Below, piece after piece: positions 27,184 through 37,923 of a stretch of 55,310 nucleotides of DNA. A program made the position numbers and the translations under genes. The stretch is from an uncultured Bacilli bacterium. Its GTDB lineage: Bacteria; Bacillota_I; Bacilli_A; RF39; UBA660. Each line of letters starts with the position of its first letter. Position 1 is the first letter of the stretch. Location: positions 1 to 55,310 of the forward strand of contig CANQFJ010000006.1 in assembly GCA_947598485.1 (NCBI GenBank), in the 5' to 3' direction. The notes beneath the pieces were generated by a model that worked only from the letters and a program-made list of their open reading frames with translations, made no database searches and was not told where the DNA came from.

Positions 27184-28602
27184 ATGAAAAAGAAAATGGG
27201 AGTTATATCCAAAATAATTATATTAGTTTCTATTTTGTTTTTTATACCAGTAGTTGTTTATTTGTTAGGTTATCAGGGCTTTAAAGTTAGGAAATTTAAT
27301 GATAATATTGAAATCTTTTATAACGAAAAATTCACTTACGATGAAGGAGATATTTGCTATAACAGTTTTTTTAAGTGCCATAAAGTTTCTGTAAGCACAA
27401 AAGGAAGAGTAGATACTTCTTTAATTGGTGAGTATACTGTTTATTACATATATAAGTATGCAGGGGACATTCTAACCAAAAAGCAAACTATTAAAGTAAA
27501 AGAAAATGAGCCTCCGGTTATTAGTGTTGATGATAATGACTTTAATGTATGTCATAATCAAAAAGATATAAAGTTTAATGTAACGGCATATGATAATTAT
27601 GATAAGGATTTAACTGATAAAGTGAAACAGTATATCAAAGATGGTAAAGTATATTTTGAAGTTAGCGATTCGTCGGGAAATAAAGCTATAGTTACTAAAG
27701 ACTTAACTATTGCCGATCAAAAGCCTATTATAACTTTAAATGGTAGTTATATGGAATTTGTAAAATTAAATAATATTTATGAAGATAAGGGCGCTAATGC
27801 TTATGATGATTGCGAAGGGGATTTATCAAGTCAAATTCAGAAATCTGGTATTGTTGATACGTCTAAAGCCGGGGAATATCAAATAACTTATAGCGTTAGT
27901 GATTCCGTGGGTAATAAGCAAACCGCAGTTAGAAAAGTTTATGTTTATCCGGAAAGTAATTATAATGTTGCAACAGGTAAAATTATTTATTTAACTTTTG
28001 ATGATGGACCTAGTGCTTATACAACAAGACTTTTAGATATTTTAAAGAAATATAATATTAAGGCCACTTTCTTTTTAACTAATCCTAAGGGTTATGATAG
28101 TGTAATTCTTAGAGAATATAATGAAGGTCATACTATAGGACTTCACTCTAATACGCATGATTATAGTCAAATTTATCGTAATACTGATGCCTATTTTGAT
28201 GATTTATATACCATCCAAAATAAAGTTAAGGAAATAACGGGCTATACTTCAACGATAATTAGATTCCCTGGAGGAAGTTCTAATCTTGTAAGTAAAAGCT
28301 ATGACGGTGGAACTAAGATAATGAGTACATTAGCTAAAGAAGTTGAAGAAAAAGGCTTTAAATATTTTGATTGGAATATCTCTAGTGAAGATGCAGGTGG
28401 GACTACAAGTACATCTCAAGTATTTACTAATATTGTAACCTATCTAAATGGAAATGGGCCTTATGTAGTCTTGCAACATGATACTAAAAACTATAGTATT
28501 GATGCTGTAGAGGATGTAATTAGATACGGCTTAGCCAAGGGTTATACCTTTATGCCTCTTTCAATGTCTTCACCAACTATTCATCATCATATTGCTAATT
28601 AA
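27184..28602 (+). CDS. Polysaccharide deacetylase with N-terminal TM and Ig-like (DUF5011-type) domains
   Basis: YLTFDDGPS, HSNTH, RFPGG, LQHD; repeated VDTS..GEY and AYD..D.DL segments. Confidence 0.92.
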   Translation: MKKKMGVISKIIILVSILFFIPVVVYLLGYQGFKVRKFNDNIEIFYNEKFTYDEGDICYNSFFKCHKVSVSTKGRVDTSLIGEYTVYYIYKYAGDILTKKQTIKVKENEPPVISVDDNDFNVCHNQKDIKFNVTAYDNYDKDLTDKVKQYIKDGKVYFEVSDSSGNKAIVTKDLTIADQKPIITLNGSYMEFVKLNNIYEDKGANAYDDCEGDLSSQIQKSGIVDTSKAGEYQITYSVSDSVGNKQTAVRKVYVYPESNYNVATGKIIYLTFDDGPSAYTTRLLDILKKYNIKATFFLTNPKGYDSVILREYNEGHTIGLHSNTHDYSQIYRNTDAYFDDLYTIQNKVKEITGYTSTIIRFPGGSSNLVSKSYDGGTKIMSTLAKEVEEKGFKYFDWNISSEDAGGTTSTSQVFTNIVTYLNGNGPYVVLQHDTKNYSIDAVEDVIRYGLAKGYTFMPLSMSSPTIHHHIAN

Positions 28603-28644
28603 AAAATTATAATATATAATATTTGGCAACATTAGGGAGGAAAT

Positions 28645-29280
28645 ATGTTATCTTTTAAAAATGAAAATGTTATAAGTAAATATGATGTTGTGCTTCAAAA
28701 TGCTGAAATGGCTAGTTCAATAGTTAATGAGATACTAGGCCAAGAAGAGTATAGAAAGACTGATGTATCAGGAATAATATGGACTAATTATGGCAAGTTT
28801 GAAAGAACATCAGTTAAACTTTTAGAATATGGCTTTGAACAGGAACGGCAAAGTCCCGAGAGTACACTCGGCGAGTATAGCCGTGGTTGTATTACAACTT
28901 ATAGATTTTCATATCCTGCCCCATACACTTTAGCTTTAGCAGCACAATTTTTTGATTTTAATAGATATTGTGATTATTCCGGTCTTCTAAAGAGAAGCGA
29001 TAGGGCAGAGCTATTAATAAATGTTTTACATGGAACCGATCTTAATGAAGTTAGCTTACTATTATCTTGCTTTAATAATAATCCTCAAGCTCTAGATACT
29101 TATTTAAGAAATTATCATCCAGACTTATTATATTTAAGAAGATATTTAGAATGTGTTTATTTTAGAAAAGCTGAGGAGTATCCTTTAGAAGCTGTTGATA
29201 GAAGAAGTGATATTGAAATTTCTTCTATGAATAGTGAAGTAGTTCGTAAATTAAGTCTTCCAATAGAGTTTAGAGATTAA
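28645..29280 (+). CDS. Hypothetical protein (211 aa)
   Basis: agggagg RBS, fills the gap, no recognised motif. Confidence 0.8.
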   Translation: MLSFKNENVISKYDVVLQNAEMASSIVNEILGQEEYRKTDVSGIIWTNYGKFERTSVKLLEYGFEQERQSPESTLGEYSRGCITTYRFSYPAPYTLALAAQFFDFNRYCDYSGLLKRSDRAELLINVLHGTDLNEVSLLLSCFNNNPQALDTYLRNYHPDLLYLRRYLECVYFRKAEEYPLEAVDRRSDIEISSMNSEVVRKLSLPIEFRD

Positions 29281-29337
29281 TTATTATTTTACTTGCAACC
29301 TAAAATAATTTGTACTATAATGAAGCTATATTTTTAA

Positions 29338-29545
29338 AGGTTTTGATACAAGACGGAATTATTATAAGATATTAAAAGAGAGCTAGGAAAGGTGAAAGCT
29401 AGTATATTAAGTAATAATTTAGATCACTTGTTAACTGCTAAGCTGAAAGTTAGTAAGTTTAGACGCTTAAGCCCCGTTAAGGTAATAAAGTAATAAGATA
29501 AGGTGGTACCGCGGTTAATTCGCCCTTTGGTATTACCTTTTTTTG
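29338..29545 (+). promoter_or_regulatory. T-box leader with Ile specifier
   Basis: AGAGA and GGTGAAAG stem I motifs, specifier ATC at 29423-29425, GCCCCGTTA, T-box AGGTGGTACCGCG at 29501-29513, upstream of ileS. Confidence 0.92.
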
Positions 29546-29560
29546 TGGAAAGGAAACGAT

Positions 29561-32500
29561 ATGAAAAATTTTAAAGAATTAGACAAAAGACCCGTTAGTG
29601 AGGTAGAAGACTCAATTAGTGCTTCATGGGGTAGCATCAATAAGATGCATGATGCTCAAGTTAAACTTAGAGAAAATGATGATACTTTTGTTTTCTATGA
29701 TGGACCAGCTTTTGCTAATGGCTTCCCAGGGCTTCATCATATGGTATCTAAAAACTTAAAGGATACAATTACTAAGTATCATGTAATGAATGGTAAGAAA
29801 GTTATTAGAAAAATAGGATGGGATACTCATGGTCTTCCTATTGAAAACCATGTGGAAAAGAAACTAGGTATATCATCTAAAAAAGAAATTGAAGCTTTAG
29901 GTGTAGATAAGTTTAATGAAGAGTGTCGAAAAAGCGTTAGAGAAAATGAAGATGCTTTCACAAGGCTTACTAGTAAAATGGGACAATTTTTTGATGTTGA
30001 AAATCCTTATTTAACATATAAAAATGAATATATTGAAACTGAATGGTGGATTTTAAAGGAAATGTTTAAAAAAGACATGTTCTATGAAGGCACCAGAGTA
30101 GTTCCATATTGTCCTCATTGTGGTACAGGTCTTGCCACTCATGAAGTAGCTCAAAATTATCAAACAGATACCGCGATTACGGTTTATGTTCCTTTTAAGA
30201 AAAAGGGCGAAGATGTATATTTCCTTGTTTGGACAACTACACCTTGGACTTTAATTGCCAATGTAGCTTTATGTGTTAATCCTAAAGAAGATTATGTTTT
30301 AGCAGAATCTAAAGGCGTTAAATTTATATTAGCTAAAGCTTTACTAGAAAAAGTTCTAGGTGATGAAGCTAAAGTCTTAGAAACTTATAAAGGTAAAGAC
30401 TTAGAGTATACTGAGTATGAACAATTAATTCCCTCTTTTGAAGTAGATAAGAAAGCCTTTTATGTAACTTGTGATGAATATGTAACTATGGAAGATGGTA
30501 CTGGTATTGTTCATATTGCTCCGGCTTTTGGTGAAGATGATGCTAATGTCGGTAAGAATTATGATTTACCATACTTAAATCCTGTGGGTAAAGATGGTTG
30601 TTATACCGGTGGCCTTTGGGAAGGCAAGTTTGTTCATGACGTTAATGAGGAAGTAGTAGAGTACTTGAAAGAAAATGATAAATTATTTAAAAAGCAAAAG
30701 ATTTCCCATGAATATCCTCATTGCTGGCGTTGTGATACACCTCTTATCTATTATTCAATGCCAAGTTACTATATTAGAGTAAGTAAGATGACGGATGATT
30801 TAGTAAAAGCTAATTCTAAAGTTAATTGGTATCCTGCTTATGTTGGGGAAAAAAGATTTGCTAACTGGATAGCTAATGCCCGTGATTGGAATGTATCAAG
30901 AAGTAGATACTGGGGAAGTCCAATTCCTTACTTTAAATGTGAATGTGGCCATACGCATATGGTAGGTAGTATTGCTGAACTTAAAGAAATGGCTGTTGAA
31001 AAGATTGATGATAATCTAGATTTACATAAACCATATATTGATAATATCCATATTAAATGTGAAAAATGTGGTAAGAGCATGACTAGAATACCTGATGTAC
31101 TTGATTGTTGGTTTGATTCAGGATCTATGCCATTTGCTCAATATCATTATCCATTTGAAAATAAAGAACTTTGGGAAAGTCAATTCCCTGCCGACTTCAT
31201 TTGCGAGGGTATTGATCAAACGCGTGGCTGGTTCTATACGCTTTTAGTTATTTCAACATTTGTAAAAGGCTGCTCACCATTTAAAAATGTATTAGTAAAT
31301 GATTTATTGCTTGATGCTGAAGGCAAGAAGATGAGTAAATCAAGAGGTAATATTGTTGAGCCGTTTACTACTATAAAGGAGTATGGTGCTGATACGGTAA
31401 GATTCTATCTTCCATATGTATCACCAGTATGGACGCCATTAAAATTTGATATCGAAGGCTTAAAAGAAGTTTATTCTAAATTCTTTAACCCTTTGAAAAA
31501 TACATATAGTTTCTTTGCAATGTATGCTAATATTGACGGTATTGATACTGATGACTGTAAAGTAGCTTATGAAGATAGGGAAGAAATTGATAAATGGCTA
31601 TTATCTAAATATAATAAACTAGTTAAAGATGTAAGAGCAGGCTTTGATGAATATGATTTAAATAAAGTAGTTCACTATTTAGCCTCATTTGTATCTGATG
31701 ATTTATCTAACTGGTATATCAGAAGAAATAGAAATAGATTCTGGGGTAGTGAGCTTGATAACTCTAAAAAGGCCGTTTATATAACTACTTATGAAGTTCT
31801 AACGGGTCTTGCTAAGTTAATAGCTCCGATTACACCATTTATAGCTGAAGAGTTATATCGTAACTTAACGGGTGAAGAGTCTGTTCACTTAACTGATTAT
31901 CCTGTATGTGATGAAAAATTAATTAATGAACATATCCAAGATAAAATGGATTTAGTTCGTAGTATTATTTCAATTGGAAGATATGTTAGAGAAGAAAACA
32001 AGATAAAGGTTCGTCAACCTTTACCGGAGGCTTTAATTGATGGTAAAAATGAAGAACTTTTAAAAGACTTAGTATCTTTAATTGAAGAAGAATTAAACGT
32101 TAAAGAAGTCGTATTTGTTAAAGATATAAATGAATATATGACTTTTGAAATTAAACCTAACTTCAAAGAAGTAGGCAAAATCTTCGGTAAGAATATGGGT
32201 GAATATGCTAAAGCGCTTACAAATCTTTCGGAAGAAGAAACTGCCAAACTTCTTAAAGGCGAAAATATTGCTCTTGAAATCGCGGGCGAAAAATATGATA
32301 TTACACCTGAAATGGTAGATATTAGATATAATGCTAAAGAAGGCTTTAATGTAGGTATGGATAATGGCAACTTCATTATTTTAAATACGACTATTACTAA
32401 AGAATTAAAAGAGCAAGGAGATACAAGAGAATTTGTTTCTAAAGTACAAGCTCTTCGTAAAGAAAATGGCTTTGATATTGCCGATAGAATTACCATTACT

Positions 32501-32656
32501 TATAACGCCGATGAAGAATTAAGAAACGCTATTGAAAATAATAATGACTATGTATCATCGGAAACTTTAGCTACTAAGATAATATTTGATGAGACCTTAG
32601 CTAAAGATTTTAAATTAAATGAATATAGTGTAGGTATAAGTCTTAAGAAAAATTAG
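29561..32656 (+). CDS. ileS: Isoleucine--tRNA ligase, type 2
   Basis: FYDGP, GWDTHGLP, WTTTPWTL, DWNVSRSRYWG, DCWFDSGSMP, EGIDQTRGWF, KMSKS; type-2 C-terminus (KVRQPL, EELNVK); start moved to ATG 29561. Confidence 0.97.
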   Translation: MKNFKELDKRPVSEVEDSISASWGSINKMHDAQVKLRENDDTFVFYDGPAFANGFPGLHHMVSKNLKDTITKYHVMNGKKVIRKIGWDTHGLPIENHVEKKLGISSKKEIEALGVDKFNEECRKSVRENEDAFTRLTSKMGQFFDVENPYLTYKNEYIETEWWILKEMFKKDMFYEGTRVVPYCPHCGTGLATHEVAQNYQTDTAITVYVPFKKKGEDVYFLVWTTTPWTLIANVALCVNPKEDYVLAESKGVKFILAKALLEKVLGDEAKVLETYKGKDLEYTEYEQLIPSFEVDKKAFYVTCDEYVTMEDGTGIVHIAPAFGEDDANVGKNYDLPYLNPVGKDGCYTGGLWEGKFVHDVNEEVVEYLKENDKLFKKQKISHEYPHCWRCDTPLIYYSMPSYYIRVSKMTDDLVKANSKVNWYPAYVGEKRFANWIANARDWNVSRSRYWGSPIPYFKCECGHTHMVGSIAELKEMAVEKIDDNLDLHKPYIDNIHIKCEKCGKSMTRIPDVLDCWFDSGSMPFAQYHYPFENKELWESQFPADFICEGIDQTRGWFYTLLVISTFVKGCSPFKNVLVNDLLLDAEGKKMSKSRGNIVEPFTTIKEYGADTVRFYLPYVSPVWTPLKFDIEGLKEVYSKFFNPLKNTYSFFAMYANIDGIDTDDCKVAYEDREEIDKWLLSKYNKLVKDVRAGFDEYDLNKVVHYLASFVSDDLSNWYIRRNRNRFWGSELDNSKKAVYITTYEVLTGLAKLIAPITPFIAEELYRNLTGEESVHLTDYPVCDEKLINEHIQDKMDLVRSIISIGRYVREENKIKVRQPLPEALIDGKNEELLKDLVSLIEEELNVKEVVFVKDINEYMTFEIKPNFKEVGKIFGKNMGEYAKALTNLSEEETAKLLKGENIALEIAGEKYDITPEMVDIRYNAKEGFNVGMDNGNFIILNTTITKELKEQGDTREFVSKVQALRKENGFDIADRITITYNADEELRNAIENNNDYVSSETLATKIIFDETLAKDFKLNEYSVGISLKKN

Positions 32657-32658
32657 GC

Positions 32659-32693
32659 AAAAAAAAATAACAGTTTGTAGCTGTTATTTTTTT
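32659..32693. terminator. Bidirectional terminator between ileS and the PPIase gene
   Basis: A tract, ataacag-tttgtag-ctgttat, T tract. Confidence 0.75.
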
Positions 32694-33304
32694 ATCTTAT
32701 TAACTTGATATTTATAACCTTTGGTATCGACGGTTGCATACTCAATAGTTATATAATCTTCTTCTTTTAAGAACCCCATATCTTCAACTAAGTAATCATA
32801 ATCTTTTTCGGCAATTTTTTCAAGGACATCCATACCTTCGATAACTTTACCAAAAGCAGCATAATTGCCATTAAGGTAAGTGTGATCGTCACTAAGTAGA
32901 ATGAAAAATTGTCCGCCCGCGGAATTAGGTAAATCGGTTCTTGCCATGGAAATAACCCCTTTTTCATGGGATATATTATTTTCAATACCATTGGAAGCAA
33001 ATTCACCTTCAATACTATAATCGAGCTCTTTGCCGCCTCCACCTTGGATAACAAGGTCTTTTTGAACTCTTGTTATAACATTCTTATTAAAGAAGCCATC
33101 TTCGACTAGGGTAACAAAATTAGCTACTGTATTATAGACCTCATTAGGATAAAGTTCTAAGACTATATTTCCATAGTCTTTAATTGCCATCGTAACAATG
33201 GGGTTTTCATCAACATGTTCAGGCTCAAATTTTTTATCTTCTTTTTTCGCGCATCCTGTTAAAAGAAGAACCATACCTAAAATTAATAATATTTTTCTTT
33301 TCAT
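32684..33304 (-). CDS. Cyclophilin-type peptidyl-prolyl isomerase, lipoprotein
   Basis: Lipobox LLLTGC, NFVTL, IQGG, H.KGVISMAR, QFFI, YAAFGKVIEG. Confidence 0.92.
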   Translation of the reverse strand: MKRKILLILGMVLLLTGCAKKEDKKFEPEHVDENPIVTMAIKDYGNIVLELYPNEVYNTVANFVTLVEDGFFNKNVITRVQKDLVIQGGGGKELDYSIEGEFASNGIENNISHEKGVISMARTDLPNSAGGQFFILLSDDHTYLNGNYAAFGKVIEGMDVLEKIAEKDYDYLVEDMGFLKEEDYITIEYATVDTKGYKYQVNKIKK

Positions 33305-33422
33305 TATATACCTTTCTTACATAATTATGATTATAAAGAACTATTTTGTCAAATCTTTTGTGCTATTTTTCTTCTTTTTTTAATATTTTATTGATATAAT
33401 ACAAAGGAAAGTTGATAAAAAT

Positions 33423-33530
33423 ATGAAGAAGAAAAAAGCATTAAAAATTGTTTTGACTATCATTTTGGGATTACTTTTAATTTTCTGGCTTGGATATTTT
33501 ATTTGGCCAATTATATCAGCATCTTTTTAA
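33423..33530 (+). CDS. Small single-TM protein (35 aa), absent from the ORF track
   Basis: MKKKKALKIVLTIILGLLLIFWLGYFIWPIISASF; upstream aaagga and TG-a-TATAAT. Confidence 0.6.
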   Translation: MKKKKALKIVLTIILGLLLIFWLGYFIWPIISASF

Positions 33531-33592
33531 GGCTTGACTAGGCTTAAAAGCTATAATATAATATGCTTAAGTTTTAAAGAAAAGGGGATTTA

Positions 33593-34183
33593 ATGGATCA
33601 CTATTTTACTAATAATGAGAATTTAAAAAGTGAAATAAAAACAATTGATTATGAATATAATGGATATAGTTTTTCTTTTTTGAGTGATAATGGTGTTTTT
33701 AGTAAAAATCATATTGATTATGGTAGTCGCCTTTTGGTAGAAACCTTTTTAAAAAATACTAAAACTAAAGGAAAGGTATTAGATGTAGGTTGCGGTTATG
33801 GCTTCATGGGCATCGTAATATCTAAAGTGCTTGATACTCATGTAACTATGATTGATGTTAATAAAAGGGCGGTACACCTGGCTAAAAGAAATATTGATAA
33901 GATGGATGTAAATGCGGAAGCATTTATAAGTGATAGTTATGAAAATATAAAGGATAAATATGATGTTATTATAACTAATCCTCCGGTGCGCGCGGGTAAA
34001 AATGTTTTACTAGATATTTTAGAAAATGCTAAAGATTATTTAGCTCAAGATGGAGAACTTTGGTATGTTTTACGTAAAGACCAGGGTGCTAAGAGTATGG
34101 AAAAAGTCTTAGAAAAGGACTATAAAATTGAAAATATTTGTAAAAGTAAAGGATTTTATATATATTTTTGCAAAAAACATTGA
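33593..34183 (+). CDS. RsmC/YbxB-like SAM-dependent methyltransferase
   Basis: GVFS..IDYGS, LDVGCGYG, NPPVRAGK, K.QGAKS; directly upstream of rpoB as in Bacillus. Confidence 0.92.
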   Translation: MDHYFTNNENLKSEIKTIDYEYNGYSFSFLSDNGVFSKNHIDYGSRLLVETFLKNTKTKGKVLDVGCGYGFMGIVISKVLDTHVTMIDVNKRAVHLAKRNIDKMDVNAEAFISDSYENIKDKYDVIITNPPVRAGKNVLLDILENAKDYLAQDGELWYVLRKDQGAKSMEKVLEKDYKIENICKSKGFYIYFCKKH

Positions 34184-34281
34184 CAAAATTGCTTGATAAC
34201 TGCTAGAATTATATATTGCTGACGTGTTTATTATTATATAAATTAAGTAGTCTAAAAAAAAATTAATGATGGGGTGAGATC

Positions 34282-37200
34282 GTGGCTTATAAAGTAGAAA
34301 AATTCGGAGACTATCGCGAAAGAAGAAATTTCGCAAAAGCAAAAAATAGACTAGAGCTTGCCGACTTACTTGAAGTTCAAAAGAAGAGCTATCAAAATTT
34401 TTTAGAGAATGGAATCAGAGAAACCTTTGAGGATCTTTTTCCTGTTGAAAGTTTTACGGGTAATATTTCTCTAGAATTTGGTGATTATTCTTTTGATGAA
34501 CCAAGATATTCAATTAAGGAAGCAAAAGAAAGAATGGTAAACTATGCTGCTCCTTTAAAGGTTGAAGCAAGATTATTCATTCATGAAACGGGAGAAGTTA
34601 AGGAACAAACTATCTTCCTTGGAGATATGCCTTTAATGACTGAGGCTGGTACCTTTATTATCAATGGTGCAGAAAGAGTTATTGTTTCTCAACTTGTTCG
34701 TAGTCCATCTATTTACTTTAAAAGAGAAATAGATAAAAACGGAAGAAGAATTATATCTGGTGAGATAATCCCAAACAAAGGTACTTGGCTAGAATATGAA
34801 ACTGATGCCAAAGGTATTTTGTATGTCAGAATTGATAGAACAAGAAAAGTTACTGTTACAACATTCTTAAGAGCCTTAGGACTTTCTTCTGACGAAGAAA
34901 TTATTGCTATGTTTGGTGATAATGATTATATTAAGAATACTTTAGATAAAGATTCTACTAACAATACTGATGAAGCATTACTAGAAATATATGAAAAACT
35001 AAGACCTGGAGAACCTGCAACTCTAGATAGTTCTAAGAACCAATTAATAACTAGATTCTTTGATAGATTCCGTTATGATTTAGCTAAAGTAGGACGTTAT
35101 AAATTTAATAAGAAATTAAATATTACGGAAAGACTATTAGGATGTACTTTAGCAGAAGATATTAAATTTAATAAAGAAGTTGTAGCTAAAAAGGGTGATG
35201 TTGTAACTAAACCTTTACTTGCTAAATTAAAAGAAGTATTTGCCGCAGGTTATAACTTAAAAGATGCTACTATTAATGAAGAACTTGATGATTATAAGAA
35301 AATTCAAACTGTAAAAGTTTATGATAGAATTGATGGTAAGAAAGAACTTACCTTAATAGGTATAGATACATCAGTTGAAGAAAAAAGACTTACTATTCCT
35401 GATGTATATGCCTCATTATCTTATTATATTGGTTTACATTATAATATTGGTAACGAAGATGAAATCGACCATTTAGGAAACCGTCGTGTAAGACAAGTTG
35501 GTGAATTAATTGAAAACCAATTTAGAGTAGGTATGGCTAGAATGGAGAGAGTCATTCGTGAAAGAATGACTACTCAAGAAATTGAAAATGTTACTCCGAA
35601 AACATTAATCAATATTAGACCTGTTACGGCTGTACTAAAAGAATTCTTTGGTTCAAGCCAATTATCTAAATTCATGGATCAAGTTAACCCAATTGCCGAA
35701 CTTACTGATAAGAGAAGATTATCATCTTTAGGACCTGGAGGTCTTTCAAGAGAAAGAGCAGGTATGGAAGTTCGTGACGTTAACTCATCACACTATGGCC
35801 GTATCTGTCCAATTGAATCACCAGAAGGTCAAAACATCGGTCTTATTACTTCTTTAGCAGGTTATGCTAAGATTAATGATTATGGCTTTATAATGACTCC
35901 ATATCATAAAGTAATTGATGGTGTTGTTCAAAAAGAAGTTGTTTATATGACTGCTGATGAAGAACAAGATTACTATATATCTCAAGCTACTGTTAAACTT
36001 GATGATAATAACCGTATTGTTGATGATGAAATTATCGTCAGAGTAAATGGCGATAACGTAAGAGTTAAAAGAGAAGAAGTTGATTATGTTGACGTAGCTC
36101 CAAGCCAAGTTGTATCTGTTACAACAAGCTGTATTCCATTCTTGGAATTCGACGATGCTCGTCGTACCCTAATGGGTGCCAACATGCAACGTCAAGCTGT
36201 ACCTCTTTTAACAACTGAAGCTCCTATTGTTGGTACAGGAGTTGAGCATATTGCTGCTGCTTCAAGTGGAAGCTGTATTCTAGCTAAAGCTGATGGCGTA
36301 GTAGATTATGCTGATAGTAAAAAGATTATTGTTAAACTTAAATCAGGTTCTACTGATATATATTATTTAGCTAACTTCGAAAGAAGTAATGCTTCTACCT
36401 GTGTAAATCATCGTCCTTTAGTTAGAGCAGGTGAAAAAGTTCATGCTGGTCAAGTTATTGCTGATGGTCCTTCATGTAATCATGGTGAACTTGCTTTAGG
36501 TAAGAATATGACAGTTGCTTTCATGACATTCGAAGGTTATAACTATGAGGATGCCGTAATCTTAAATGAAAGACTTGTTAAAGATGATGCTTATACATCA
36601 CTTCATATATCTCACTATGATATTGAATGTCGTGATACTAAGCTTGGACCTGAAGAAATCACAAGAGATATCCCAAATGTTGGTGATGATGCTCGTAAGA
36701 ACTTAGATGCTGATGGTATTGTTAGAATCGGTACGGAAGTTCGTGAAGGTGATATCTTAGTAGGTAAAGTTACTCCTAAAGGGGTACAAGAACTTACTTC
36801 TGAGGAAAAACTATTACATGCGATATTCGGTGAAAAAACTCGTGAAGTTAGAGATACTTCATTAAGAGTTGATCATGGTGCCGAAGGTATTGTTCATGAT
36901 GTTAAAATTTATACTAAAGAAAATTCTGATGAATTATCACCAGGGGTTTCTAAAGTAATAAGAGTATATATTATTCAAAAGAGAAAAATTCAAGTTGGTG
37001 ACAAAATGTCTGGTCGTCATGGTAATAAAGGTGTTATTTCTCTTGTACTTCCTGAAGAAGATATGCCATACATGCCAGATGGTCGCCCAGTAGATGTCAT
37101 GCTTAACCCTCTTGGTGTTCCATCTCGTATGAACATCGGTCAAATCCTAGAACTTCACTTAGGTATGGCTGGTAAGAAGTTAGGCGTTCATTATGCTACT

Positions 37201-37923
37201 CCAGTATTTGACTCTGCAACTTGGGAAGATATTAGTGAAGAAATGAAAGAAGCTGGTATGGCTCCAGATGGTAAGATGATATTACATGATGGACGTACTG
37301 GTGAACCATTTGATAATCCTATCAATGTTGGTGTTATGTACATGATTAAACTACACCACATGGTTGATGATAAACTACATGCCAGAGCTACAGGACCTTA
37401 TTCACTTGTTACGCAACAACCTTTAGGAGGTAAAGCTCAATTCGGTGGTCAAAGATTTGGAGAAATGGAAGTTTGGGCATTATATGCTTATGGTGCTGCT
37501 CATGTTCTTCAAGAAATATTAACGGTTAAAGCCGATGATATTGTAGGCCGTGTTAAGGTTTATGAAGCTTTAGTTAAAGGTAAACTTGTTAACCAAGCTG
37601 GCGTTCCAGAAAGCTTTAGAGTACTTGTTAAAGAATTCCAAGCTCTAGGATTAGACGTTCAAGTATTAAATAATAATGATGAATTATTAGAATTTAAAGA
37701 TATTGAAGAAGCTGATGATGATACCGAAAATCTTCGCATTGATGAAATAGATCTATCTAAAGATGACTTAGGCCTTGACAAAGATGATATGCCAGAGCCT
37801 GAAGATACAACTGATGATAGCTATGAAGATGAAGAAGACGAAGATGATGAAGTTGACTTTGATGATTTAGAATTTCCAGATGATTTAGATAGTTTAGATG
37901 ATGGGGAAGAAGGTGAATTATAA
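34282..37923 (+). CDS. rpoB: RNA polymerase beta subunit
   Basis: [41 protein letters not shown]. Confidence 0.99.
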   Translation: MAYKVEKFGDYRERRNFAKAKNRLELADLLEVQKKSYQNFLENGIRETFEDLFPVESFTGNISLEFGDYSFDEPRYSIKEAKERMVNYAAPLKVEARLFIHETGEVKEQTIFLGDMPLMTEAGTFIINGAERVIVSQLVRSPSIYFKREIDKNGRRIISGEIIPNKGTWLEYETDAKGILYVRIDRTRKVTVTTFLRALGLSSDEEIIAMFGDNDYIKNTLDKDSTNNTDEALLEIYEKLRPGEPATLDSSKNQLITRFFDRFRYDLAKVGRYKFNKKLNITERLLGCTLAEDIKFNKEVVAKKGDVVTKPLLAKLKEVFAAGYNLKDATINEELDDYKKIQTVKVYDRIDGKKELTLIGIDTSVEEKRLTIPDVYASLSYYIGLHYNIGNEDEIDHLGNRRVRQVGELIENQFRVGMARMERVIRERMTTQEIENVTPKTLINIRPVTAVLKEFFGSSQLSKFMDQVNPIAELTDKRRLSSLGPGGLSRERAGMEVRDVNSSHYGRICPIESPEGQNIGLITSLAGYAKINDYGFIMTPYHKVIDGVVQKEVVYMTADEEQDYYISQATVKLDDNNRIVDDEIIVRVNGDNVRVKREEVDYVDVAPSQVVSVTTSCIPFLEFDDARRTLMGANMQRQAVPLLTTEAPIVGTGVEHIAAASSGSCILAKADGVVDYADSKKIIVKLKSGSTDIYYLANFERSNASTCVNHRPLVRAGEKVHAGQVIADGPSCNHGELALGKNMTVAFMTFEGYNYEDAVILNERLVKDDAYTSLHISHYDIECRDTKLGPEEITRDIPNVGDDARKNLDADGIVRIGTEVREGDILVGKVTPKGVQELTSEEKLLHAIFGEKTREVRDTSLRVDHGAEGIVHDVKIYTKENSDELSPGVSKVIRVYIIQKRKIQVGDKMSGRHGNKGVISLVLPEEDMPYMPDGRPVDVMLNPLGVPSRMNIGQILELHLGMAGKKLGVHYATPVFDSATWEDISEEMKEAGMAPDGKMILHDGRTGEPFDNPINVGVMYMIKLHHMVDDKLHARATGPYSLVTQQPLGGKAQFGGQRFGEMEVWALYAYGAAHVLQEILTVKADDIVGRVKVYEALVKGKLVNQAGVPESFRVLVKEFQALGLDVQVLNNNDELLEFKDIEEADDDTENLRIDEIDLSKDDLGLDKDDMPEPEDTTDDSYEDEEDEDDEVDFDDLEFPDDLDSLDDGEEGEL

